Shown one piece after another: positions 1-7,316 of a stretch of 20,000 bases of DNA. Origin of the DNA: an uncultured virus (IMG/VR IMGVR_UViG_3300020477_000021). Taxonomy: Duplodnaviria > Heunggongvirae > Uroviricota > Caudoviricetes. A program made the translations under genes and the position numbers. How positions within the stretch are numbered: position 1 is the stretch's first letter; every line of letters starts with the position of its first letter. The notes below the pieces were generated by a model. That model did no database searches and was not told the DNA's origin. It saw only the letters and a list, made by a program, of their open reading frames with translations. The stretch lies in the IMG/VR virus record IMGVR_UViG_3300020477_000021; one strand, 5' to 3'.

Positions 1-1
1 T

Positions 2-343
2 GATGCAAGATTAATTCCAGAAAAATATGGATTTGAAGAATTTAGAATGAAACGATATGATAATAATGGTACAGATGAATTTGGTCCTCATGTTGATGTG
101 ATTGATTATAATTCAGCACGAAGATTTATTGTTTGTTTTTATTATTTGAATGATGTTGAAGAAGGAGGTGAAACTGCGTTTCCACATTTAGATGTTGATT
201 TTAAACCAAAGAAAGGAGCTTGTTTAGTTTTCCCTCCATTGTGGTTATATCTTCACGAAGGAAGGAAACCAATATCCGGTCCGAAGTATATTCTTGGGAC
301 ATATTTACATTATATAACAGCACAAGATTTTAGAAAGGAATAA
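2..343 (+). CDS. 2OG-Fe(II) oxygenase (prolyl-4-hydroxylase-like), 5' partial
   Basis: Frame is open from base 2 (DARLIPEKYGFEEFRMKRY...). Motifs HVD, YLNDVEEGGETAF, FPPLWLYLHEG and KYI are typical of phage 2OG-Fe(II) oxygenases. Confidence 0.9.
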   Translation, partial: DARLIPEKYGFEEFRMKRYDNNGTDEFGPHVDVIDYNSARRFIVCFYYLNDVEEGGETAFPHLDVDFKPKKGACLVFPPLWLYLHEGRKPISGPKYILGTYLHYITAQDFRKE

Positions 344-346
344 ATT

Positions 347-655
347 ATGATACAACATGAAACAACAACTGAAACCGATTTTCGTAATGAATTGATTGAC
401 CAATTACAAAATCATATTTGTGAAGCCATCTTTACGAAGAAAGACGGAACCGAGCGTGTTATGAATTGCACTTTAATGTCCGAGAAATTACCAGAAGCTC
501 AAAAAGAAAATGACGGTAATTCTAAGAAAGAAAATAAAGATATTTTAGTGGTTTGGGACTTGGATAAGAATGCGTGGCGTTCATTTCGTATTGATAGTCT
601 ATTAAAGTTTGCGGTAATGACCAATAGACCCCCTCAGAACGTCCCTATTCTCTGA
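347..655 (+). CDS. WYL_2 (DUF2693)-like Sm/SH3-fold protein
   Basis: FTKKDGTERVMNCTL and VWDLDKNAWRSFRID motifs, characteristic of this T4-like family. Confidence 0.8.
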   Translation: MIQHETTTETDFRNELIDQLQNHICEAIFTKKDGTERVMNCTLMSEKLPEAQKENDGNSKKENKDILVVWDLDKNAWRSFRIDSLLKFAVMTNRPPQNVPIL

Positions 656-693
656 TTTGGGCGTAAGTAATGGTCAAATATCAGTATTTTAAA

Positions 694-727
694 AGACGGT
701 CTCCTGGGTCCTCTCAGGGGGTCGTCT
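694..727 (+). other. 15-bp GC-rich stem-loop (candidate RNA structure)
   Basis: AGACGGTCTCCTGGG-TCCT-CTCAGGGGGTCGTCT: 15 contiguous pairs, four of them G-U. Confidence 0.7.
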
Positions 728-762
728 AAACCCTTATTTTACAAGGGTTTACGCTTTTCTTT
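727..762 (+). terminator. Hairpin/palindrome, possible terminator or operator
   Basis: TAAACCCTT (727-735) pairs with AAGGGTTTA (743-751), followed by CGCTTTTCTTT. Confidence 0.45.
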
Positions 763-804
763 ATAATCCCTTATAAAACAATGACTTAGAGAACCCGATT
801 TATA

Positions 805-834
805 TTGACATTTGAGCGTATTTCATGCTATAAT
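805..834 (+). promoter_or_regulatory. sigma70-type early promoter
   Basis: TTGACA (805-810), 18-nt spacer, TGnTATAAT with TATAAT at 829-834: perfect consensus with extended -10. Confidence 0.9.
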
Positions 835-881
835 AAGGGTATGATAATGAGAAATAACAATTTAAATTATGAGGTTCAAAA

Positions 882-1118
882 ATGAAATTAAAACCACTAA
901 GTCCTCAAGCAACTCAATTAACTTTTAATAATGGTGTCGAAGTTCTTTTTAGTTATGAAACCCCTGTAGTGGTCCGTGACCAACAGGGTAAATTATTTCA
1001 AACGAAAACGAAACATTCTAATACTACTATGAGGCATATTACTAAGTTTAAAAAAGATGAATTTGCGTTTTTGATTGACCAAAAATATATTGATATGTTA
1101 GTTATTGAAACTCAATAA
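882..1118 (+). CDS. Conserved phage early hypothetical protein (FSYETPV family)
   Basis: GAGG RBS; LFSYETPV...SNTTMRHI pattern recalled from aquatic phage early proteins. Confidence 0.7.
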   Translation: MKLKPLSPQATQLTFNNGVEVLFSYETPVVVRDQQGKLFQTKTKHSNTTMRHITKFKKDEFAFLIDQKYIDMLVIETQ

Positions 1119-1149
1119 GAATATAGTAATGAATAAAGGAATTTATATT

Positions 1150-1368
1150 ATGAAAATGAACTTACACGAAAAAAGAAAATGGGTCAAAGCAGACCCAGAT
1201 GAGTATGTCGTAACACCAGATAAAACTTGGTTCTGGCGTCGGTCAAATGTTGTTGTAGTAAAGTGGGCCGAGTGCGTTCACCCCGACCCGTATGAAACTT
1301 GGACTTATCCAAGTTGGAAACAAGCTCAAAAAGGAATGAGCGATTTTCTGGATTTATATAATGAATAA
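1150..1368 (+). CDS. Hypothetical protein, paralog A (HPDPYETW)
   Basis: Start moved to ATG 1150, after AAAGGA. Similar to the next ORF. Confidence 0.7.
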   Translation: MKMNLHEKRKWVKADPDEYVVTPDKTWFWRRSNVVVVKWAECVHPDPYETWTYPSWKQAQKGMSDFLDLYNE

Positions 1369-1384
1369 TAAAGGAGATTATATA

Positions 1385-1660
1385 ATGTTTATGACAAACA
1401 ATACAAAAGCATTAGAGAATGTTAAAGGTAGGATTGAATTAGAGAATGGTTTAACTCCATTGCGACGCAATCATTATTTTGAATTGATGAAAAATTGTGA
1501 GCAATATACTGTAAAGCCTAATGGTGATCAACATTGGTTGTCTGGCAATTGGGTTCTTACTCAATGGAAAAAAGTTGAGCATCCGAATCCTTTTGAAAGT
1601 TGGAATTGTCGTAGTGCAGAAATTGCACGGGAAGTTTTTGAAAATCATATTGATTATTAA
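1385..1660 (+). CDS. Hypothetical protein, paralog B (HPNPFESW)
   Basis: Start moved to ATG 1385, after AAGGAG. Similar to the previous ORF. Confidence 0.7.
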   Translation: MFMTNNTKALENVKGRIELENGLTPLRRNHYFELMKNCEQYTVKPNGDQHWLSGNWVLTQWKKVEHPNPFESWNCRSAEIAREVFENHIDY

Positions 1661-1682
1661 TTATTATTAAGGAGATTATATT

Positions 1683-1868
1683 ATGAATACTTTTGAAGAA
1701 TATTGTGATAATGTTGGTTACATTCAAATTTCAGATGAGCATTATGAAGGTCCAGATAAAAAAATCTATTCCTTCGAGCATGTTGAAAGTGAATGGATTG
1801 AAACCCGAGCAGAGTATAACGATTGGTTATATGAGCAAGCTCGGGAAGATGAATTTTTCGGAGCTTGA
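1683..1868 (+). CDS. Small acidic hypothetical protein
   Basis: TAAGGAG RBS; 61 aa, rich in E, D and Y. Confidence 0.7.
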   Translation: MNTFEEYCDNVGYIQISDEHYEGPDKKIYSFEHVESEWIETRAEYNDWLYEQAREDEFFGA

Positions 1869-1870
1869 AT

Positions 1871-3169
1871 ATGATTTTAAAAATTATTAAAAAATTAAGA
1901 GATGATAATTCCCGTCTCGGGAAGATTGATATTTTAGAAAAAAATATAAATAACAATCTTCTCCGGGACGTTTTTCATTCAACGTATAATCCATATATCC
2001 AATATTATATTAGAAAAATTCCAGAGTATAAAGCTCGGGGTGGTTCTTCTTTGGATATTGCATTAAAAAATCTTAATGTTTTAAGCGAACGCAAAAAAAC
2101 AGGTAACGCTGGTATTGCACATTTAAAATCTATGTTGGAATCATTATCGAAGGGTGATGCTGAAATTTTAGAATGTATTATTCAACGTGATTTGAAATGT
2201 GGTGTTACCACTAAAACTATTAATAAAGTTTGGAATGGCCTGGTTCCCGAATATCCAGTAATGTTATGTGAACCGATGAATGAGAAAAACATCAAGAAAA
2301 TGTCTTGGCCAGCAATCGTGCAAACGAAAATGGATGGGTTACGGGCAAATGTTATTGTTTCTAAATGGAAAAAAACTATTCGAGTCGAAGTACGTTCCCG
2401 AAATGGAAAGTTAATAGATATTGATGATGATTTTAAAAATCAATTTGAAGATTGTGATGAAGGTGTCTATGACGGTGAACTTCTTTGTAAAGATAAATAT
2501 AAGATAATGAGTAGAAAAGTGGGTAATGGAATCATAAACAAGGCAGTCAAGGGAACTATTACCAAAAAAGAATCTAAAATGATTACTATGACTGTTTGGG
2601 ATTATATTCCATTAGATGACTTTTATCGTGGTTATTGTGAGATGCCTTATTCTGAACGGATGAAATATATTGATAATAATTTAAAAGTTGGAAGAGGTTT
2701 GAAAGTAGAGTATAAAATGCGTTGTTATTTTCTTAAAAATCATAAAGTTCAAAATTTGAATTGTGCAAATAAACTTTTTCAAAAAGAATTAGATGCAGGA
2801 AATGAGGGAATTATTCTCAAAGACCCAAATGGTGTTTGGGAAAATAAACGAGCAAAACATCAGTTAAAATTTAAAGCTGAAAATGAAGTGGATTTAAAAA
2901 TTGTAGATACTGTTGAAGGAACTGGTAAGATAACTGATATGCTTGGGGCATTGGTTTGTGAATCTCGCGATGGCAAACTGAAAGTGAATGTAGGTTCTGG
3001 TTTTTCTGAAGACCAGAGGAAGGAGTATTGGAATGAGAATTTAGTGGGAAAGATTGTTTCAGTAAAGTATAACGAAGTAATTAATAAGAAAACAGATTCA
3101 GTAAAGAGTTTATTTTTACCAGTTTTTGTAGAGATTAGAGAAGATAAAACTCTTGCTGACAAAATTTAA
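1871..3169 (+). CDS. gp30: ATP-dependent DNA ligase, T4 gp30-like
   Basis: KMDGLR (motif I), SRNGK, DGEL, EGIILK, LKFK, NVGSGFS and SLFLPVFVEIREDK. Start is ATG 1871 or TTG 1865. Confidence 0.96.
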   Translation: MILKIIKKLRDDNSRLGKIDILEKNINNNLLRDVFHSTYNPYIQYYIRKIPEYKARGGSSLDIALKNLNVLSERKKTGNAGIAHLKSMLESLSKGDAEILECIIQRDLKCGVTTKTINKVWNGLVPEYPVMLCEPMNEKNIKKMSWPAIVQTKMDGLRANVIVSKWKKTIRVEVRSRNGKLIDIDDDFKNQFEDCDEGVYDGELLCKDKYKIMSRKVGNGIINKAVKGTITKKESKMITMTVWDYIPLDDFYRGYCEMPYSERMKYIDNNLKVGRGLKVEYKMRCYFLKNHKVQNLNCANKLFQKELDAGNEGIILKDPNGVWENKRAKHQLKFKAENEVDLKIVDTVEGTGKITDMLGALVCESRDGKLKVNVGSGFSEDQRKEYWNENLVGKIVSVKYNEVINKKTDSVKSLFLPVFVEIREDKTLADKI

Positions 3170-3183
3170 TTGGAGGTAGCAAG

Positions 3184-3390
3184 ATGTATAGTGAAAATTT
3201 ATATTATAAAGCATTGGAGTCTAAGTATCATGCAGAAATCGCAGAGTCAAAGGCTGTCTTAAAAACTTTCTTTGAAAAGGATGTTGGAGTTGCTGACCAT
3301 GCAGAATTTTTAAAAGTGTTTGATGACTATGTTTCTAAGATTGCATCTGCTGAAGAAAATCTTAGAGCTTTGCAAGAACATTTTGGTTGA
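3184..3390 (+). CDS. Conserved T4-like hypothetical protein
   Basis: GGAGG RBS; AL..KY.AEI...VGVADH pattern recalled from T4-like aquatic phages. Confidence 0.7.
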   Translation: MYSENLYYKALESKYHAEIAESKAVLKTFFEKDVGVADHAEFLKVFDDYVSKIASAEENLRALQEHFG

Positions 3391-3392
3391 TA

Positions 3393-3719
3393 ATGAAAGT
3401 AGAAGTTACTACAAGATATAGACCCGGTGTAAAGGATATCCAAGGTATGACTGTTTCTCGCGTATTAAGCGAAGACCTTGGATTTCCTGAAGTCAAAGAT
3501 GTTTGGATTGGTCAACTTTATCATTTGGAATATCCAGACGAAAAAGGTATTGAATATGCCAAAGAGATGTGCGAAAGGCAATTAGTAAATACTGTCTTGT
3601 ATGATTATAAAATAAGAGTAGTAGAGGAGTTTGGTGAAGGAATGGCTTATCGAGCTGAGAGTAATGAGCATAAGTCAATGTATGAAATAAGTGAAGAAAA
3701 ATTAAAAATCTATGAGTAA
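3393..3719 (+). CDS. purS: Phosphoribosylformylglycinamidine synthase subunit PurS, with C-terminal extension
   Basis: GVKDIQG...VKDVWIG...KEMCERQLVNTVLYDY matches PurS (VLDPQG...VRIGK...EMCEKLLANTVIEDY). Confidence 0.85.
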   Translation: MKVEVTTRYRPGVKDIQGMTVSRVLSEDLGFPEVKDVWIGQLYHLEYPDEKGIEYAKEMCERQLVNTVLYDYKIRVVEEFGEGMAYRAESNEHKSMYEISEEKLKIYE

Positions 3720-3720
3720 T

Positions 3721-3796
3721 GCTGGTGTAGCTCAGTTGGTAGAGCAGGACATTTGTAATGTTCAGGTCGCGGGTTCGACCCCTGCCACCAGCTCCA
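3721..3796 (+). tRNA. tRNA-Thr(UGU)
   Basis: 76-nt cloverleaf: acceptor GCTGGTG/CACCAGC, D arm GCTC/GAGC, anticodon loop TTTGTAA, T arm GCGGG-TTCGACC-CCTGC, encoded CCA. Confidence 0.97.
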
Positions 3797-3815
3797 TTTT
3801 GATTGGGAGGTTGTT

Positions 3816-4019
3816 ATGAGTTTAGTATTTGATTTTATGTTTTGGATGTTTAGAATTTTTGTTATTGTTATTTTACTTTGTGGTTCTTATTATTATGGTT
3901 ATGATCGTGCTGAGTCTGGGTATACTATGATTCCTGATGTTAGTGCAATTATTACCAAAGAAGAACTTTATGAAAAATTTGATGTACTACAAAGGAGATT
4001 GTATGAATCACAGCCGTGA
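3816..4019 (+). CDS. Small membrane protein
   Basis: GGGAGG RBS; hydrophobic N-terminal helix. Confidence 0.7.
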   Translation: MSLVFDFMFWMFRIFVIVILLCGSYYYGYDRAESGYTMIPDVSAIITKEELYEKFDVLQRRLYESQP

Positions 4020-4209
4020 TGTAAAAGAGTTTTTGGCAAAGGGAGGCAAGATTAAACGTCTCCCTGATGCCATCACTAGAAGTTATTATGAAAATTTAGA
4101 AATATGTGGTATCTTGGAAAAAGAAAAAAAGAAGCATGGTGTAGAACGTGAACGTGTTTTCTTTGGTGGAAGTTCTATTACTAATGACGAAAGGAGTGAA
4201 AATGAGTAG
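4003..4209 (+). CDS. Hypothetical protein with SutA-like RNAP-binding motif
   Basis: AAGGAG RBS before ATG 4003; VKEFLAKGGKIKRLP motif. Confidence 0.55.
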   Translation: MNHSRDVKEFLAKGGKIKRLPDAITRSYYENLEICGILEKEKKKHGVERERVFFGGSSITNDERSENE

Positions 4210-4603
4210 TAATCATGTTGCTAATTATGGAAAGATTATTAATGAGATTAAAGATTTGCACGATAAGAAGAACGCAGATTATGCAGGTTCTGAAGATTCC
4301 CTTGCAAATTTACGAATGTGTGAAAAGATGGGCTTGTCGTCTTTTATTGGTGTTGTTGTGCGACTTTCTGATAAGTTTTGTCGTCTGATGAGGTTCTGTA
4401 AAACTAAAGAACTTGCCGTCAAAGATGAATCTATCAAAGATACTCTTAAAGATATAGTAAATTATGCAATATTTGCTATTATTTTTCTTGAGGAAGAAGA
4501 ACAAAATCGTAGTTTAACTGGTAAATTAACTCCAGTAACACATGAATTAACGGAAGATGAAATCAATGCGCTCAAAGATAAGCAACTTCAATCGTTAGTT
4601 TAA
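4202..4603 (+). CDS. DUF1599 / nucleotide-modification-associated domain 1 protein
   Basis: KKNADY...RLSDKF.RL...DESIKDTLKDIVNYAI; AAGGAG RBS before ATG 4202. Confidence 0.8.
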   Translation: MSSNHVANYGKIINEIKDLHDKKNADYAGSEDSLANLRMCEKMGLSSFIGVVVRLSDKFCRLMRFCKTKELAVKDESIKDTLKDIVNYAIFAIIFLEEEEQNRSLTGKLTPVTHELTEDEINALKDKQLQSLV

Positions 4604-4614
4604 AGATAAGAAAG

Positions 4615-4622
4615 TATAAATA
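4615..4622 (+). promoter_or_regulatory. T4-type late promoter
   Basis: Exact TATAAATA in the intergenic gap, 4 nt before ATG 4627. Confidence 0.75.
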
Positions 4623-4626
4623 ATAT

Positions 4627-5853
4627 ATGGATAACTTTAAGACTTTTATATCAGAAGCTAAGAATACCCATATGGAACATCTTGAGGATGAAATTCTCAA
4701 TAATGGGGTTACTGGTATAAAGACCATCATACAATTTTTGGTTTCACTTGGAAAATCTCTATCTGGACCTGGAATTTCAACTAAAGAAATGACAGTAAAG
4801 TGGGATGGAAAACCAGCAATTTTTGCAGGGAATGATCCTAAAACTGGAAAGTTTTTTGTTGGGACAAAATCCATTTTCAATAAGAATCCAAAATTGAATT
4901 TTACGAAAACAGATATACAAAATAATCATGGTCATGCGGCAGGACTTGCAGAGAAATTAGAGATTGCATTAACGTATTTATCAAAAGTTGGAATTCCTAA
5001 AGGTGAAGTCTGGCAGGGTGATATTATGTTTAGTAGTTCAGATAAATCTACGGAAAAAATTAATGATAAAACTTTTTTGACATTTCAACCAAACACAATA
5101 AAATATGCAGTTCAGGCTGGTAGTGATTTATATAATAGAATTAATAAAGCGAAGTTTGGAGTTGTTTGGCATACTAAATATACGGGGTCAGATTTAGAAG
5201 ATATGTCAGCTTCATATGGAGTTGATGTTTCTAAATTGAACCGTGTAAGAGATGTATGGTTTGATGATGCGAATTATCGAGATGTTACAGGAATGGCAAC
5301 ATTCTCTAAGACTGAAAGTAAGACATATAATACCATTGTAAAAAATGTTATGTCTCTGCAAAAGAAAGTCGATAAGAGGTTTCTTAGGACCTTACTAAAT
5401 ACCAAAAAGAGCATCGGGGTATTATATAAGTCTTATGTCAACAGTCGAATAAAGAGTGGTCAGGAAGTAGTAGCATCGCCTGTTTCTTATTATGAAGGTT
5501 TTTATTCATATGTCGGTGAATACTGGCAAAAGAAAATTGATGGAGTAAAAACCGATAAAGCTAAGAAACAAAAACGCATCATTAAAGACGAGGCTTTAGA
5601 TTGGATAGAAGGTAGTAAAACCAAAATAAAGAGTCTCGCGAAGTTTTATATTGAAGTAATAAAAGCAAAATTATTATTGCTTAGTGTACTAGACCGTGCA
5701 TCAAATATAAAACATTTCCAGGATATAGGAAATGGATTTGAAATAACAGGGCCTGAGGGATTTGTTGCAATACAAGGTGCTAAAGCAGTCAAGTTAGTTG
5801 ATCGAATGGTATTTAGTAAGGCAAATTTTCTTTTTGGGAAGTCTGCAAAATGA
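4627..5853 (+). CDS. DUF6267-like protein with ligase/covalent nucleotidyltransferase motifs
   Basis: KNTHMEHLED, TVKWDG (KxDG), QGDIMF, EGFVA and KLVDR; N-terminus FKTFISEA. Confidence 0.75.
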   Translation: MDNFKTFISEAKNTHMEHLEDEILNNGVTGIKTIIQFLVSLGKSLSGPGISTKEMTVKWDGKPAIFAGNDPKTGKFFVGTKSIFNKNPKLNFTKTDIQNNHGHAAGLAEKLEIALTYLSKVGIPKGEVWQGDIMFSSSDKSTEKINDKTFLTFQPNTIKYAVQAGSDLYNRINKAKFGVVWHTKYTGSDLEDMSASYGVDVSKLNRVRDVWFDDANYRDVTGMATFSKTESKTYNTIVKNVMSLQKKVDKRFLRTLLNTKKSIGVLYKSYVNSRIKSGQEVVASPVSYYEGFYSYVGEYWQKKIDGVKTDKAKKQKRIIKDEALDWIEGSKTKIKSLAKFYIEVIKAKLLLLSVLDRASNIKHFQDIGNGFEITGPEGFVAIQGAKAVKLVDRMVFSKANFLFGKSAK

Positions 5854-6524
5854 AATTATTAAGTTTCACAGATAAGTTTTACGAGGCAAAAACAAAGACA
5901 ATTACTTTTACTTTTGGTCGGTTTCAACCACCTACAATAGGTCACGAAAAGTTATTTGATAAAGTAAAAAAAGTTGCTGGACGTAATCCATTTCGGATTT
6001 ATTCTTCTCATTCGGAAGATAAGAAAAATCCATTGGATTATAAAACGAAAATACGAATGCTTCGCAAGATGTTTCCGAAATATAAACGAAACATTATGGG
6101 TGGAGCTGCAAGAACAGCATTAGAAGTTGCAAGTAATTTATATGACGAGGGATTTACTCATTTGCAATTTGTTGTAGGTAGTGACCGTGTTGATAATTTT
6201 ACTACATTATTAAATAAATATAATGGAAAGAAAACTACTAGTGGGTATTATAATTTTCAAGATATAAAAGTAGTTAGTGCAGGTGAACGAGACCCAGATG
6301 CCGAGGGAGTATCTGGAATGTCTGCATCCAAAATGAGAGCGGCAGCTAGTGCAGGAGATTTTGAAGCATTCAAGTCAGGACTTCCATCCGGTTTTCGTGA
6401 TGCAAAAAAGTTATATGATATACTAAGAAACAAGATGGGTATTAAAGAAATGCTCTCTTTCAAGGATTGGAGTAACTATGAAAACGATTATCTTAACGAT
6501 TATATTATGTTTATTTACGGTTAA
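5850..6524 (+). CDS. HIGH-family nucleotidyltransferase (phage 'cytidyltransferase')
   Basis: FGRFQPPTIGH, VVGSDR, SAGERDPDAEGVSGMSASKMR; ATGA overlap with the upstream gene. Confidence 0.88.
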   Translation: MKLLSFTDKFYEAKTKTITFTFGRFQPPTIGHEKLFDKVKKVAGRNPFRIYSSHSEDKKNPLDYKTKIRMLRKMFPKYKRNIMGGAARTALEVASNLYDEGFTHLQFVVGSDRVDNFTTLLNKYNGKKTTSGYYNFQDIKVVSAGERDPDAEGVSGMSASKMRAAASAGDFEAFKSGLPSGFRDAKKLYDILRNKMGIKEMLSFKDWSNYENDYLNDYIMFIYG

Positions 6525-6927
6525 CGTAGAAGCTGCACAAAGAGTATTATTGTTTTATAGTTCTCATTGTAAATATTGTCAAAACTGGGATAAAGAAATT
6601 GGTGTAGAAAATTATTCAAAAACAGATATTGGTCAAGCATTGCCTATTCAAATTATTGATGAAAAGGATGGTAGAATTGAGTGGATAGTGGAGGCAATTC
6701 AAAGTGGTAGAATGGATTATATTAGGGGTACCCCTACTTTTGTTGTTTGGGATGATACATTGGAGATGGAATTGACTAGATTAGTTGGTTATCGTTCAAA
6801 AGAAAATTTTTATGAAAATCTAGGACTTATTTTAAAGAATATTATTAATAGTCCTCAACTTCATCAACAACCAGAAAAGGAGTCATCTGTATCCGGTTAC
6901 ATGGAAAAAATGATGGTAGTGGAGTAA
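6478..6927 (+). CDS. Exported thioredoxin-fold protein, SoxS-like
   Basis: Signal peptide ending VEA, CKYC followed by QNWDKEIG, GTPTFVV cis-Pro loop and RLVGY. Confidence 0.75.
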   Translation: MKTIILTIILCLFTVNVEAAQRVLLFYSSHCKYCQNWDKEIGVENYSKTDIGQALPIQIIDEKDGRIEWIVEAIQSGRMDYIRGTPTFVVWDDTLEMELTRLVGYRSKENFYENLGLILKNIINSPQLHQQPEKESSVSGYMEKMMVVE

Positions 6928-6928
6928 T

Positions 6929-7288
6929 ATGGATGCCGGGTTCGATGAATTAATTTTTATGGAAGAAGAATTTTCAGACGAAGAAGAACATCCAGAAGAA
7001 GAAAAACCAGAAGAAACAAATCCAGAGGATCATCAAGCTTTTGAAGAAATTTTTGGTGATGCTGTTGGTGATGAAGTTATTAGTGGCAATGAACCAATTA
7101 ATTGGCGACGTGAATATTGGTATCAACGAAAACGAGCTACTGTGTATCAATGTGCGTATGATGCTTTGTTAAACAGTTTTAGTGTTCAACAAGATATTAT
7201 TAATCAAATGAGAGAAGAAGCTTGGAAAGATAAAGAAAAGATTGCTGGATTTGAACAAGCAAAGGTTACTCAAAATGTTTCAAATTAA
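6929..7288 (+). CDS. Acidic hypothetical protein
   Basis: GGAG RBS; very E/D-rich N-terminal half and helical C-terminal half. Confidence 0.7.
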   Translation: MDAGFDELIFMEEEFSDEEEHPEEEKPEETNPEDHQAFEEIFGDAVGDEVISGNEPINWRREYWYQRKRATVYQCAYDALLNSFSVQQDIINQMREEAWKDKEKIAGFEQAKVTQNVSN

Positions 7289-7292
7289 TTAT

Positions 7293-7300
7293 TATAAATA
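7293..7300 (+). promoter_or_regulatory. T4-type late promoter
   Basis: Exact intergenic TATAAATA followed by a GAGG RBS, upstream of structural-type genes. Confidence 0.8.
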
Positions 7301-7316
7301 ATAGAGAGGAATAATT

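Noticed and set aside
1693..1890. Alternative-frame 65-aa ORF
   Set aside because: It overlaps 1683-1868, which has the strong RBS.
1804..1926. CTCGGGAAGAT direct repeat (1840, 1916) and short CCCGAG/CTCGGG inverted repeats near the ligase start
   Set aside because: Short, inside coding sequence and without a consistent fold; chance cannot be excluded.
3721..3796. tRNA as a prophage att site
   Set aside because: Phage-like genes lie on both sides, there is no integrase and no duplicated tRNA 3' end was seen.
6959..7050. GAAGAA and CCAGAAG repeats
   Set aside because: Explained by the Glu/Pro-rich low-complexity protein sequence; not a CRISPR or DNA repeat array.
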